In this document: positions 17,952 to 27,063 of the stretch, in pieces
Layout: each line of letters starts with the position of its first letter
How positions within the stretch are numbered: position 1 is the stretch's first letter
Source of the DNA: Myxococcales bacterium
GTDB taxonomy: Bacteria; Myxococcota_A; UBA9160; SMWR01
Reading direction: 5' to 3'
Assembly: GCA_013215605.1 (NCBI GenBank)
Contig: JABSQW010000034.1
Location: 1 to 60,824, forward strand
Length of the DNA: 60,824 nucleotides
The notes under the pieces: generated by a model
The model's input: the letters and a program-made list of their open reading frames with translations, nothing else
What the model was told of the DNA's origin: nothing
Database searches by the model: none
Made by a program: the position numbers and the translations under genes

Positions 17952-19178
17952 TCAGAACGTGACGGGGAGCCGCTCGAGGCCGGTCATCATCCACGTCGCA
18001 CGCCACTCGGGGGTGCCCGCGGTCGCGAGCTTCGGCGCGTTGCGCACGAGGGCGTCGAGTGCGATCTGCATCTCGAGCCGCGCGAGGTGTGTACCGAGGC
18101 AGTGGTAGGCGCCCGCCCCGAACGAGAGATGCGGGTTGGGATCGCGGCGGATGTCGAGGCGATGGGGATCCGGGAAGACCTCGGGGTCGCGGTTGGCGGC
18201 GCCGAGCAGCACGATGATCCGATCGCTCTCGGCCATCTCGAAGCCCCGATACACGAGCGGCTGGTTCGCGACGCGCTGGTTGAACTGCACCGATGTGTCG
18301 AAGCGCAGCAGCTCTTCCACTGCGCTCGGCACGAGGGACGGCTGCGAGCACAGCAGCTCCCACTGGTCGCGGTGCTCGCTCAGCAGATGGGCGAGGCCGT
18401 TGCCGAGCAGGTTCGCCGTCGTTTCGTGACCGGCGCCGATCAGGATGTAGATCGCGGCGATGACTTCGTCTTCCGACAGTTGATCGCCGTTGTCGCTGGC
18501 CTCGATGAGCGCTTCGAGGATGCCGCCCCCGGGCTGCTTGCGGTGGCGCTCGAGCATGCGCTTCACCTCCTCGCTGAAGCGCACGATCATCTGGTCGGCC
18601 GCTGCGTGGTGGGAGTCCGACGCCGAGCCGACGTCCGACACCTCGTGACCCTGGGCGGCGAAGAGCTCGCTCAGCATGTCGCGCTCTTCCGGCGTCGCAC
18701 CGAGCAGCTCGCAGATCACGGTCATCGGCAGCGGATACAGGACGTCCTCGAGCAGGTCGCCGCCTCCGCGTGCGGCGACCCCTGCGATCAGCTCCTGGAT
18801 CACGGTCTCGATCCGCGGGCGACGCCGCTCGACTTCCTTCGGCGTGAAGGCGCGGTAGATCAGCCCGCGCGTCCGCTCGTGGGGCCCGGGCGGCAGGAAG
18901 ATCAGGATGCGGCTCACCATGTCGGCGAAGGGCCCCTCGCTTCCCGCGAACACCTCGGAGTTGCGCGCGTCTTGGACGAAACGCTTGTCGCGCAGCACCG
19001 CGTAGAGGTCTTCGTGGCGTGAGATGAACCAGCAGCGCGGAAAGTCCTCGTGCTGGCTCTCGTGGATGGGGTCGGCGCTGCGCAGCGTGTCGTAGTGCTC
19101 GTAGAGACGCGTCATGTCCGACGTGCTCGCGAGGGCCTCGACGGCCGCTGCCGCTGCTGCGGGATCGCGCCCGCTCAT
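17952..19178 (-). CDS. cytochrome P450
   Basis: FGAGAYHCLGTHLAR, ELLRF, AGHETT. ATG at 19178 overlaps the upstream gene's TGA (ATGA). Confidence 0.9.
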   Translation of the reverse strand: MSGRDPAAAAAAVEALASTSDMTRLYEHYDTLRSADPIHESQHEDFPRCWFISRHEDLYAVLRDKRFVQDARNSEVFAGSEGPFADMVSRILIFLPPGPHERTRGLIYRAFTPKEVERRRPRIETVIQELIAGVAARGGGDLLEDVLYPLPMTVICELLGATPEERDMLSELFAAQGHEVSDVGSASDSHHAAADQMIVRFSEEVKRMLERHRKQPGGGILEALIEASDNGDQLSEDEVIAAIYILIGAGHETTANLLGNGLAHLLSEHRDQWELLCSQPSLVPSAVEELLRFDTSVQFNQRVANQPLVYRGFEMAESDRIIVLLGAANRDPEVFPDPHRLDIRRDPNPHLSFGAGAYHCLGTHLARLEMQIALDALVRNAPKLATAGTPEWRATWMMTGLERLPVTF

Positions 19179-20653
19179 CGCGCTTCGTCCCGCGTGGCCT
19201 GTTCCGCGCGCGCTTCGGCTTCGATCACCGTGCCTTCGAAGAAGCGCGGATTCGTATCGGTGTAGAAGCGCGCCGCGTTGCCGTACACGAAGGCGCGAAA
19301 GTCGTCGGGCTTCATGGTCCCGCGATCGAGGTGCTCGCAGGCCTCTTCGAGGACACGGCGCATGTCCGGCACGTCGAAGTGGCCGATGTCCGAGCCGTAC
19401 ATCGCGGACAGCTTCGCCTCGAAGGGCCACAGGCCGTCGATGAACGCCACGGCGTTCATGGGGTCGTCGGCCTCGCAGCCGAAGAAGAAGTTGGGGACGA
19501 AGAGGTCCTTGATCTCCTCGGCGCTCTCGATGCCGAGCGCCGCGAACTCGTCGAGCTCGTCGTCTTTCGGGCGGTGGTCCTGCTGCCCGGGCGTCGTGAG
19601 CATTGCGCCCTCGATCTTCTCGCGGGTCGCGGGGCCGACGGGTCCGTATTCACGGGCCCGCTTCTGGAAGGCGGACTGATCGAGCAGCGCGGGGTCGAGA
19701 TTCTCCTTCACGGCGCGCAGATTCCGCTTCTCGAAGTGGCCGACGAGGTCACCGTACAGGCTGCACGCCCAGCCGACGCCGCCCTCGAGCAGCGCGATGC
19801 GCAGATCGGGAAAGCGCTTCGTGACGCCGCCGAGGAAGAGCGACTTGCAGAGCGCCTCGCCGGAGGCGGCGAAGTGCCCGATGTGGTTGTGGACCCAGTT
19901 CGACGGCGAGCGCCGGCTCCCCCAGCCGTTGCCCTGGGTGTGCGTGCCGAGCGAGACGCCGAGCTCGAGTGCCCGCTGCCACAGCGGGTCGTAGTCGTAG
20001 GGGGAGTCGAGGCCGTAGGTGTCGAGCCAAAATGCCCAGCGGCGCGTGTCGGCGCCCGTGTCCTCGAGGTCCGCCGGCAGCCGCGGGATGTAGCTCGGGA
20101 TCAGCACCGCCTTGAAGCCGAGCTCGAGCACCGCGTAGTCGAGCTCTTCCAGCGCTTCCTGCGGCGTGTTGGCCGGCACCGCGGCGACCGGGATCAGGCG
20201 GTCCGTGCAGCCCTCGAAGGCGTCGCGGTGGTAGCGGTTGAGCGCCCGGCAACCGCCGCGGCGAAGCTCGTCCGACGGGAGCTGCAGGAAGCCGAGCCCC
20301 GTGCTCGGATACACGACCGATACGTCGCAGCCGAGCTCGTCCATTCGGCTCCGCAGATAGCGCGGGAACGACGCCGCGGCGCGATCGTCGGTGTTGCGCA
20401 TCGGCCGCGTCCACCAGGGCGGCTTCATGAGGTGCTTCGCGACGCGTTCCTCGGGGGTGAAGTCGTACCAGTCCGAGACGGCGCCGAGCACCTCGCGGAA
20501 CAGCTGGTTGAAATCGGTTCCGATCCCGACCTCGCGCAGGTACTCGGCGAGCGCGGGCACGAACTCGGTCGTGTGCCCGTCGGCGTCGATCACCGGGTGA
20601 TCGAGTCCGCTGCGGATCTCGTACGCGCTCCGTTGCGGGGCGTCGCTGCTCAT
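19175..20653 (-). CDS. amidohydrolase, PF04909 family (long form, 492 aa)
   Basis: VIDADGHTTEF...MDELGCDVSVVYP...GTHTQGNG...DIGHFD. ATGA overlap with the upstream CoA-transferase at 20650-20653. Confidence 0.9.
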   Translation of the reverse strand: MSSDAPQRSAYEIRSGLDHPVIDADGHTTEFVPALAEYLREVGIGTDFNQLFREVLGAVSDWYDFTPEERVAKHLMKPPWWTRPMRNTDDRAAASFPRYLRSRMDELGCDVSVVYPSTGLGFLQLPSDELRRGGCRALNRYHRDAFEGCTDRLIPVAAVPANTPQEALEELDYAVLELGFKAVLIPSYIPRLPADLEDTGADTRRWAFWLDTYGLDSPYDYDPLWQRALELGVSLGTHTQGNGWGSRRSPSNWVHNHIGHFAASGEALCKSLFLGGVTKRFPDLRIALLEGGVGWACSLYGDLVGHFEKRNLRAVKENLDPALLDQSAFQKRAREYGPVGPATREKIEGAMLTTPGQQDHRPKDDELDEFAALGIESAEEIKDLFVPNFFFGCEADDPMNAVAFIDGLWPFEAKLSAMYGSDIGHFDVPDMRRVLEEACEHLDRGTMKPDDFRAFVYGNAARFYTDTNPRFFEGTVIEAEARAEQATRDEAR

Positions 20654-21867
20654 CCAATGATCCTCTGCTCGCGAAGCTCGGCGATGACTTCCGCTGACAG
20701 CGACAGCATCTCAGAAAGCAGTGCATCCGTGTCGCCTCCGAGCGTCGGCCAGCGCGCCGGCGGCGGCAGCGGTTCGCGGTGCCCGAAGTGGATCGGGCTC
20801 CCGACGACGTCGACCGGGCGCTCGCGACCCGGAACCTCGAAGGGGTGCACGAGGCCGCGGGCGCGAACGTGCGGGTCCGTCGCGATGTCGGCGGCCGTGT
20901 TGACGGGCCCGGCTGCGACGCCCCGACGTGCCAGCAGGGCGGCGGCTTCGCGCTTCGTCTGGCCGCGCGCCCAGTCCTCGACCCCGGGGCGGATCACGGC
21001 ATCGAGGTGCTCGGCCCAGCCGGCGCGCGTTGCGAGCCGCGGATCGTCCGTCCACTCGGGGTGTCCCACCGCTTCGGCGAAGCGCGGAAAGTGCGGCTCG
21101 CGCACGATCTCGATCGTGAACCAGCCGTCGTCGGCGCGGAAGGCGTGCAGGATGCCGATTCCCTCCGTCGCGCGGCTGGGATCGACGCCCACGCTGTCGA
21201 GGTGGACGACGTCGGCGATCGCGATCATCGCGTCGAACATCGACACGTCGACGTGGCAACCCAGGCCGGTGTGGTCGCGTTCGCGGAGCGCCGCGAGCAG
21301 CCCGATCACCGCGTACAGCGCCGGGCCCGTGTCGCCGAGCGCGCCGGCGGTGGCCAGGCGCGGCGCAGCGTCGTCGCTCCGCGCGTATTCGTAGAGGCCC
21401 GCCATCGCCTCGACCACCGGCGCGTAGGCGGCCCACTCGCGATACGGGCTCGGCGGGTCGCTGCGATTGCCGAAGCCCGAGATCGAGACGTAGAGGATCG
21501 CCCGGTTTCGCGCGCGCACGGCCTCATAGCCGATGCCGAGCCTGTCCGCCGAGCCCGGGCGAAAGTTCTCCGCGACCACGTCGACCTTCTCTGCGAGCCC
21601 GAGGAAGAGCTCGCGGCCGCGCTCCTGCTTCAGGTCGAGTGCGATGCTCGCCTTGCCGAGGTTGTTGCGAAGGAAGGTCGAGCCCGTGCTGCGGCCGTCC
21701 CGGTCGTCCTCGATCGTCGGCCGACCGTGCCGGCCGGATTCGCCCGCGAGCGGCTCCACCTTGATGACGTCGGCACCCAGCAACGAGAGCAGCTGCGTGG
21801 CGTGCGGGAGCGCAATCATCTGCTCCGCCGCGAGCACGCGCAGGCCGGCGAGCGGTCCCCTACTCAT
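20650..21867 (-). CDS. family III (CaiB/BaiF-type) CoA-transferase, subunit 2
   Basis: LAGLRVLAAEQMIALPHATQLLSLLGADVIKVEP...GRHG. Start ATG at 21867 overlaps the upstream stop by 8 nt. Confidence 0.9.
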   Translation of the reverse strand: MSRGPLAGLRVLAAEQMIALPHATQLLSLLGADVIKVEPLAGESGRHGRPTIEDDRDGRSTGSTFLRNNLGKASIALDLKQERGRELFLGLAEKVDVVAENFRPGSADRLGIGYEAVRARNRAILYVSISGFGNRSDPPSPYREWAAYAPVVEAMAGLYEYARSDDAAPRLATAGALGDTGPALYAVIGLLAALRERDHTGLGCHVDVSMFDAMIAIADVVHLDSVGVDPSRATEGIGILHAFRADDGWFTIEIVREPHFPRFAEAVGHPEWTDDPRLATRAGWAEHLDAVIRPGVEDWARGQTKREAAALLARRGVAAGPVNTAADIATDPHVRARGLVHPFEVPGRERPVDVVGSPIHFGHREPLPPPARWPTLGGDTDALLSEMLSLSAEVIAELREQRIIG

Positions 21868-23122
21868 TGCTGCCACCGATCGCACCGCTCTCGCGGAGCT
21901 GCGCGAGCCGCGCGTCATCGCAGCCGAGCAGCCGCCGGAGCGTGCTCTCCGTGTCCGCACCGACGCGCGGTGAAGCGCGCTCGGTGACGGCCATGCGACC
22001 CGCGACGCGCACGGGCGAGCCCAATGTGCGCATGCCGTGCACGTCCGGGTCGAGCCACAACCCGCGCGAGGCGAAGTGCGGATCGACGTGGGTCTCACCC
22101 GGCCCGTAGACGGGAGCACCGGCGACATCGTGCTCGATGAAGAACGCAACCCACTCGGCGCGCGATCGCTCGGAGAACACGCGTGAGAGCTCGTTGCGCA
22201 GCGCATCGTTCCCGTAGTCGTGGTCCGCGTGAGGCGCGCCCGGCCAGCGCTCGAAGAGATCCGTGCGCCCTGTTCCCCGGCAGAAGTTCTCCCAGAATCG
22301 CGTCTCCGTCGCCATCAGGAGCACGAGCCCGTCCGAGGCCGCATAGTACTGGTAGCGGACGTCGCTTCCCGGGAGGTCGTCGCCGCCGCTCGCGCCGGCG
22401 CCCTCAGCCGCCGCTCGAAGTGCACGGCGCTGCTCCTCCTGCGCGGCGCTTTCACCCGCATCCGTTGCGTCGGGCTCTGCGGTCGAGGCTTCGTAGGCGA
22501 GTCGCCAGCCGTTCCAGACCGCGCCGGCATCGGCCTGGCTCACCTCCAGGTAGCTGGGCTGACCGCTCGCGCGCGCGCGCAGAACGGCGGACACGACGGC
22601 GAGCGCCCCGTACAGGGGGGCGGCCTCGATTCCCTGCCACACGTGACCGTCCGGTCGCGCGGGCCGGCCGTCGAGGGTGCGCGCCGGTGCGAGGCCCGCG
22701 TAGGCATCGAAGGCGAGGCCGTGTGAGCCGAGGTCGCGATACGGCCCCTCCTCGCCCCAGCCCGAGAGGCAGAGGTAGACGAGCTTCGGGTTGGCTGCCA
22801 CGAGCCGCTCGTAGGAGAGACCGCGCCGCTCCAGAGAGCCGGGCCGCATCCCTTCGACGACGGCGTCCACCTGCCCGACGAGATCGAGGAAGAGCGCAGC
22901 CCCTTCGGGCGTCCGCAGATCGATCGCGACGCTGTGTTTCCCGCGGTTCCAGCGCCGACTGGCGGGCGATTCGTCGCCGATCGGCACTCCGAGCAGACGA
23001 GCCGGGTCGCCCATCCCCAGCGCCTCGACCTTGATCACCTCGGCTCCGAGATCCGCCAGGTGCATCCCGACCGCGTCGGGTGCGAACATCGCCACTTCGA
23101 GGATGCGTACGCCGTCCAGCAT
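21860..23122 (-). CDS. family III (CaiB/BaiF-type) CoA-transferase, subunit 1
   Basis: MLDGVRILEVAMFAPDAVGMHLADLGAEVIKVEALGMGDPAR. Confidence 0.9.
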   Translation of the reverse strand: MLDGVRILEVAMFAPDAVGMHLADLGAEVIKVEALGMGDPARLLGVPIGDESPASRRWNRGKHSVAIDLRTPEGAALFLDLVGQVDAVVEGMRPGSLERRGLSYERLVAANPKLVYLCLSGWGEEGPYRDLGSHGLAFDAYAGLAPARTLDGRPARPDGHVWQGIEAAPLYGALAVVSAVLRARASGQPSYLEVSQADAGAVWNGWRLAYEASTAEPDATDAGESAAQEEQRRALRAAAEGAGASGGDDLPGSDVRYQYYAASDGLVLLMATETRFWENFCRGTGRTDLFERWPGAPHADHDYGNDALRNELSRVFSERSRAEWVAFFIEHDVAGAPVYGPGETHVDPHFASRGLWLDPDVHGMRTLGSPVRVAGRMAVTERASPRVGADTESTLRRLLGCDDARLAQLRESGAIGGSNE

Positions 23123-23199
23123 CCTCTTTCTCCTCCTTCCGCTGCCGGCGCGATCTTACCCGACCGGTGAGCCGCGGTGGGCTCGGTTCCCGGGCGCGC

Positions 23200-23940
23200 T
23201 CAGCGCGGCAATCGTGCGGCCGCTGGCGAATCGAGGAATAGCGTCGCCGCGCTGTGCCTCTGCAGGATCGACGCCGGGACCTCCGGCGTCACGGGACCCG
23301 CGACCGTGTCGCGCACCGCCTCCGCCTTGCGTGCGTCGGGCGCCGTGCAGACGATCACCCGGCTCTTCATGATCTGGCGAATGCTCATGGAGAGGGCGTG
23401 CGTGGGCACGTCATCGAAGTCTTCGAACCAGCCCTCTCGGAGCTGCTGTCGGCGGCACGCTTCGTCGAGCTCGACGACGAGATACGGCTCGTCGGTGTCG
23501 AAGTCCGCCGGCGGGTCGTTGAACGCGAGGTGAGCATTCTCTCCGATCCCCACGAAGGCGATGTCGATGGGGTGCCGCTCGATGATCGCGGCCACACGGC
23601 GACACTCGGCTGCGCCGTCCCCCTCGCCGTCGAGGGCGTGGAAGGCGCGCAGCGGAACGGGGAGACGACTCGTGAAGCGCTGCCGGAGGTAGCGGCGGAA
23701 CGACGCGGGATGCGTGATCGGCAGTCCGACGTACTCGTCGAGGTGGAAGGCGGTGACCCGGTTCCAGGCGACGTCTGGGGCGTCGACGAGCGCGCCGAGT
23801 ACTTCGAACTGGGAGGTCCCCGTGGCGAGGACGAGGTTGGCTTCGCCGCGCAGGGCGATCGCCTCGCGCAGTCGTTCGAGTCCGTGCTGCGCCGCGCGCA
23901 GGGCCATCTCGCTCTTCGATTCGAAGATCTCGAGTTGCAC
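23200..23940 (-). CDS. glucosamine-6-phosphate deaminase / 6-phosphogluconolactonase (NagB-like) family protein
   Basis: LVLATGTSQFEVLGALV...WNRVTAFHLDEYVGL...HPASFRRYL. GTG start at 23940 chosen; the ORF allows 24051, which would overlap the divergent transporter gene. Confidence 0.7.
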   Translation of the reverse strand: MQLEIFESKSEMALRAAQHGLERLREAIALRGEANLVLATGTSQFEVLGALVDAPDVAWNRVTAFHLDEYVGLPITHPASFRRYLRQRFTSRLPVPLRAFHALDGEGDGAAECRRVAAIIERHPIDIAFVGIGENAHLAFNDPPADFDTDEPYLVVELDEACRRQQLREGWFEDFDDVPTHALSMSIRQIMKSRVIVCTAPDARKAEAVRDTVAGPVTPEVPASILQRHSAATLFLDSPAAARLPR

Positions 23941-24044
23941 CGTCCGAGACTCTCCCCGCGCCGCTGGGCTGCGAGGCTCCTTGATACCACGCGGCTCGAA
24001 ACCCTGACGTTGCACCCGGGCGGCGGTGCTGCCACCGTCAGGTC

Positions 24045-25442
24045 GTGGCACACGATGACCTGCGCACGGGGTTGCGCATCGCCAACCCCCCCGATCCGGA
24101 GGCGCTGACGCGCGAGAAAGCGCGGCTTGGCGCCGTTGCGGGCCAGGGGTGGCTCGCGCAGGGGCGCGCCTACTGGGGTCTCCTGGGCCCCGGCTTCCTG
24201 CAGAGCGCGATGACCCTCGGCGGGGGAACCGCCACCGCGGCGATCTTTGCCGGCGCCGTCTTCGGTTACGCGCTCCTGTGGGTGGCGCCCGTCGCCATGC
24301 TGCTCGGTGTCAGCGTACTGGCGGCGGTATCGCACCAGACGCTGTCGACCGGCATGCGGCCCTTCGAGGCGATGCGACGCTACGCGGGCGCGCCGATCGC
24401 CTGGAGCTGGGCGACGGGGGCACTGCTCGCTTCGATCATCTGGCACTTCTCCCACTACGCGCTGGCCTCCGCCCTCGTGGTCGATGTCGGATCCATCCTC
24501 GGATTCCGGCTTTCGCCGATTGCCGCGGGAGTCGCGGTGCTCGCGTGGGCCGTGAGCCTCTCCCTCCTCTACGGACGATCCGAAGCATGGCTGCGCACTT
24601 ACGAGCGACTCCTCAAGTACATGGTGTGGTTCGTCATCCTCTGCTTCGGCTTCGTGGTGTCGCAGACGGGAATCTCGGACTGGGGGGCGCTCGGGCGCGG
24701 CTTTCTCGCCTTCGAGATTCCCCAAGGTCGCGCGGGGATCATCGGCGCCACGGTGGTGCTGAGCGGATTGTCGGCCGCCGTGGGCGTCAACCAGCTGTTC
24801 CTCTACCCCTACACGCTGCTCGCGCGAGGCTGGGGACGTGAGCACCGACGCCTCGCGCACGTCGATCTGCTCGTGGGAACCTTCGGTCCCTACCTGTTGG
24901 CGACGAGCCTGATCGTGATCGCCACCGCCAACACCATCCACCTCGATCCGGCGTACGACGGCACGCGTCTGTCGCCCGTCGAAGCCGCGCAGTCTCTCGC
25001 CGGGGTGATTGGTCCCGCGTTCGGCCGCGTCGTCTTCGACCTGGGTGTGCTCGGGATGGTGCTGAGCTCGATGACGCTCCACATGCTGGCGTGCGGCTTC
25101 GTGTGCAGCGAAGTCTTCGGCTGGGAGTTCGGCGGTCGGCGCTACCAGCTGGCGACGCTCCTACCGCTGCCCGGCATCCTCGGTTGCGTGTACTGGAGCG
25201 AGATCGCCGTGTGGGTCGCCGTTCCGACGAACATCGTCTGCGGGCTCTTCCTGCCCCTCGTGTACTTCGGAATCGTCAGGCTCCAGCGCAGCCGCGGCTA
25301 CCTGGGTGACGATCGGCCGCAGGGGCTGCTCGGCGGCGTCTGGCTGCTCGGCATGGCGGCCGGGACCCTCCTGCTGACGACGTTCTTCGTCTGGTACCTG
25401 CTGACGAACGGGCCCGCCTATTTCTCGGGATTGTTCGGCTGA
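24045..25442 (+). CDS. NRAMP-family divalent metal transporter-like membrane protein
   Basis: GPGFLQSAMTLGGGTATAAIFAGAVFGYALLW and about 11 hydrophobic helices. GTG start. Confidence 0.8.
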   Translation: MAHDDLRTGLRIANPPDPEALTREKARLGAVAGQGWLAQGRAYWGLLGPGFLQSAMTLGGGTATAAIFAGAVFGYALLWVAPVAMLLGVSVLAAVSHQTLSTGMRPFEAMRRYAGAPIAWSWATGALLASIIWHFSHYALASALVVDVGSILGFRLSPIAAGVAVLAWAVSLSLLYGRSEAWLRTYERLLKYMVWFVILCFGFVVSQTGISDWGALGRGFLAFEIPQGRAGIIGATVVLSGLSAAVGVNQLFLYPYTLLARGWGREHRRLAHVDLLVGTFGPYLLATSLIVIATANTIHLDPAYDGTRLSPVEAAQSLAGVIGPAFGRVVFDLGVLGMVLSSMTLHMLACGFVCSEVFGWEFGGRRYQLATLLPLPGILGCVYWSEIAVWVAVPTNIVCGLFLPLVYFGIVRLQRSRGYLGDDRPQGLLGGVWLLGMAAGTLLLTTFFVWYLLTNGPAYFSGLFG

Positions 25443-25463
25443 TTCCCGCTGGCGCGTCGCCCG

Positions 25464-26639
25464 TCAGGTCAGCTGGCCGAGGATCAGACCGCTGGTCGGA
25501 ACGCCGACACCCGAGGTGACGAGCACGTGGTCGTTGCGCTCGGGCTGGTTGGCGGACGTGCCGCGAATCAGCCGCGTGCCTTCGACGATGCCGTTCACGC
25601 CGTGGATGTAGGCCTCGGAGAGCTGCCCGCCGTGGGTGTTGGTCGGCAGCCGGCCTCCCTTCGCCGAGAGGTTGCCCTCCTGCACGAAGTCCTTGGCCTC
25701 ACCGACCTTGCAGAAGCCAAAGGATTCGAGCTGGAAGAACACGATCGACGAGAACGCGTCGTAGATGACGGCGGCGTCGATGTCCTGCGGTCCCAGGCCC
25801 GACTGGGCATAGATCTGCTCCGCGACCTGGTCCATCTCGGGCAGCGTCGTGATGTCGTCGCGATAGAAGCTCGTCATCTGCTCCTGTTCCGCGGCGGCGG
25901 CGCACGCCACGCCGCGGATCTGCGCGCCCGGATGCCGGAGGTCGCGAGCGCGCTCGGGCGACGTGATGACGACCGCGCAGCCCCCGTCGGTCTCCTGGCA
26001 GCAGTCGTACAGGCGCAGCGGCTCGCAGATCATCCGTGCCGTGCTGTAGTCCTCTTCCGAGAGCGGGCGCTCGTAGAAGAAGGCGTCGGGATTGTTGACG
26101 GCGTGGTTGCGCATGGCGAGCGCGACCTGCCCGAGGTCCTCGGCCTTTGCGCCGTACTCGTGCATGTAGCGCTGCGTGAACATCGCCACCCAGCTGGCCG
26201 GCGTCAGCAGTCCCCACGGCATGTACCAGCTCCAGTGGATGAGGTCCGACGTGACGATGTCGCCCGAGACGCCCTGGCTGTAGCGCTGGCCCGAGCGCCC
26301 GTTCAACGCGCGGTATGCCACCACGTAGTCGCAGGTTCCGGTCGCGATGGCCATCGTCGCCTGGTGGACGATGCTCGTCGCCGCACCACCGCCGTAGCCG
26401 ATCCGGCTGAACAGCTTGATGTCGCCGATCCCGACGCTGCGCGCGACCTCGATCTCGTCGTTGTTGTCGAGCAGGAAGGTCGTCAACCCGTCGATGTCGG
26501 ACGGCACGAGACCGGCGTCGTCGATGGCGTTGCGCACGGCCTCGGAGGCCAGAGCGAGCTCCGACACGCCCGAGTTCTTGGTGTATTTCGTCTGGCCGAT
26601 GCCGACGATGACGGCTTCGTTCTTCAGCGTGGTGGGCAT
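25464..26639 (-). CDS. thiolase-fold protein, SCP-x/Ltp2-like (possible retro-aldolase)
   Basis: EAVIVGIGQTKYTK... thiolase N-terminus. Where thiolases carry the nucleophilic Cys, the sequence reads YGGGAATSIVHQA. C-terminal GGQLSEAYIHGVNG. Confidence 0.85.
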   Translation of the reverse strand: MPTTLKNEAVIVGIGQTKYTKNSGVSELALASEAVRNAIDDAGLVPSDIDGLTTFLLDNNDEIEVARSVGIGDIKLFSRIGYGGGAATSIVHQATMAIATGTCDYVVAYRALNGRSGQRYSQGVSGDIVTSDLIHWSWYMPWGLLTPASWVAMFTQRYMHEYGAKAEDLGQVALAMRNHAVNNPDAFFYERPLSEEDYSTARMICEPLRLYDCCQETDGGCAVVITSPERARDLRHPGAQIRGVACAAAAEQEQMTSFYRDDITTLPEMDQVAEQIYAQSGLGPQDIDAAVIYDAFSSIVFFQLESFGFCKVGEAKDFVQEGNLSAKGGRLPTNTHGGQLSEAYIHGVNGIVEGTRLIRGTSANQPERNDHVLVTSGVGVPTSGLILGQLT

Positions 26640-26652
26640 GGCCTCGTCTCCT

Positions 26653-27063
26653 CTAGGCCCCGGGAAGCGCGACCGTGACGGTCGCCGTCACGTGGTTTCC
26701 CCAGGAGTTCTCACCGGTCACTTCGACGTCCACCCGGCCATCGTCCGCGGCCACGACCTTGCCGCGGATCTTGAGCGTGTCGCCGGGCATGTTCGGGCCG
26801 CCGAGCTTGACCTTCACCCCTGTCACGACGGCGTCGGGGCCCGCCCAGTCGGTGACGTAGCGGCCGACCAGACCGTTGGTCGTGAGGATGTTCATGAAGA
26901 CGTCCGGCAGGCCCTGGGCCTGGGCGGCAGCACGGTCGTGGTGCACCGGCGTGTAGTCGCGAGACGCGAGCGCGCCGCCGACGACGAGTGCCGCGGTCGT
27001 CTCGATGTCGAGGGGCGGCAGCGCCTCGCCGGTATCGACGGAGGAGAAGCTGCGTGTCGTCAT
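26653..27063 (-). CDS. MaoC-like hotdog dehydratase subunit (ChsH1-like)
   Basis: 136 aa: RDYTPVHHDRAAAQAQGLPDVFMNILTTNGLVGRYVTDW...GDTLKIRGKV. ATGA overlap with the upstream gene at 27060-27063. Confidence 0.85.
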   Translation of the reverse strand: MTTRSFSSVDTGEALPPLDIETTAALVVGGALASRDYTPVHHDRAAAQAQGLPDVFMNILTTNGLVGRYVTDWAGPDAVVTGVKVKLGGPNMPGDTLKIRGKVVAADDGRVDVEVTGENSWGNHVTATVTVALPGA

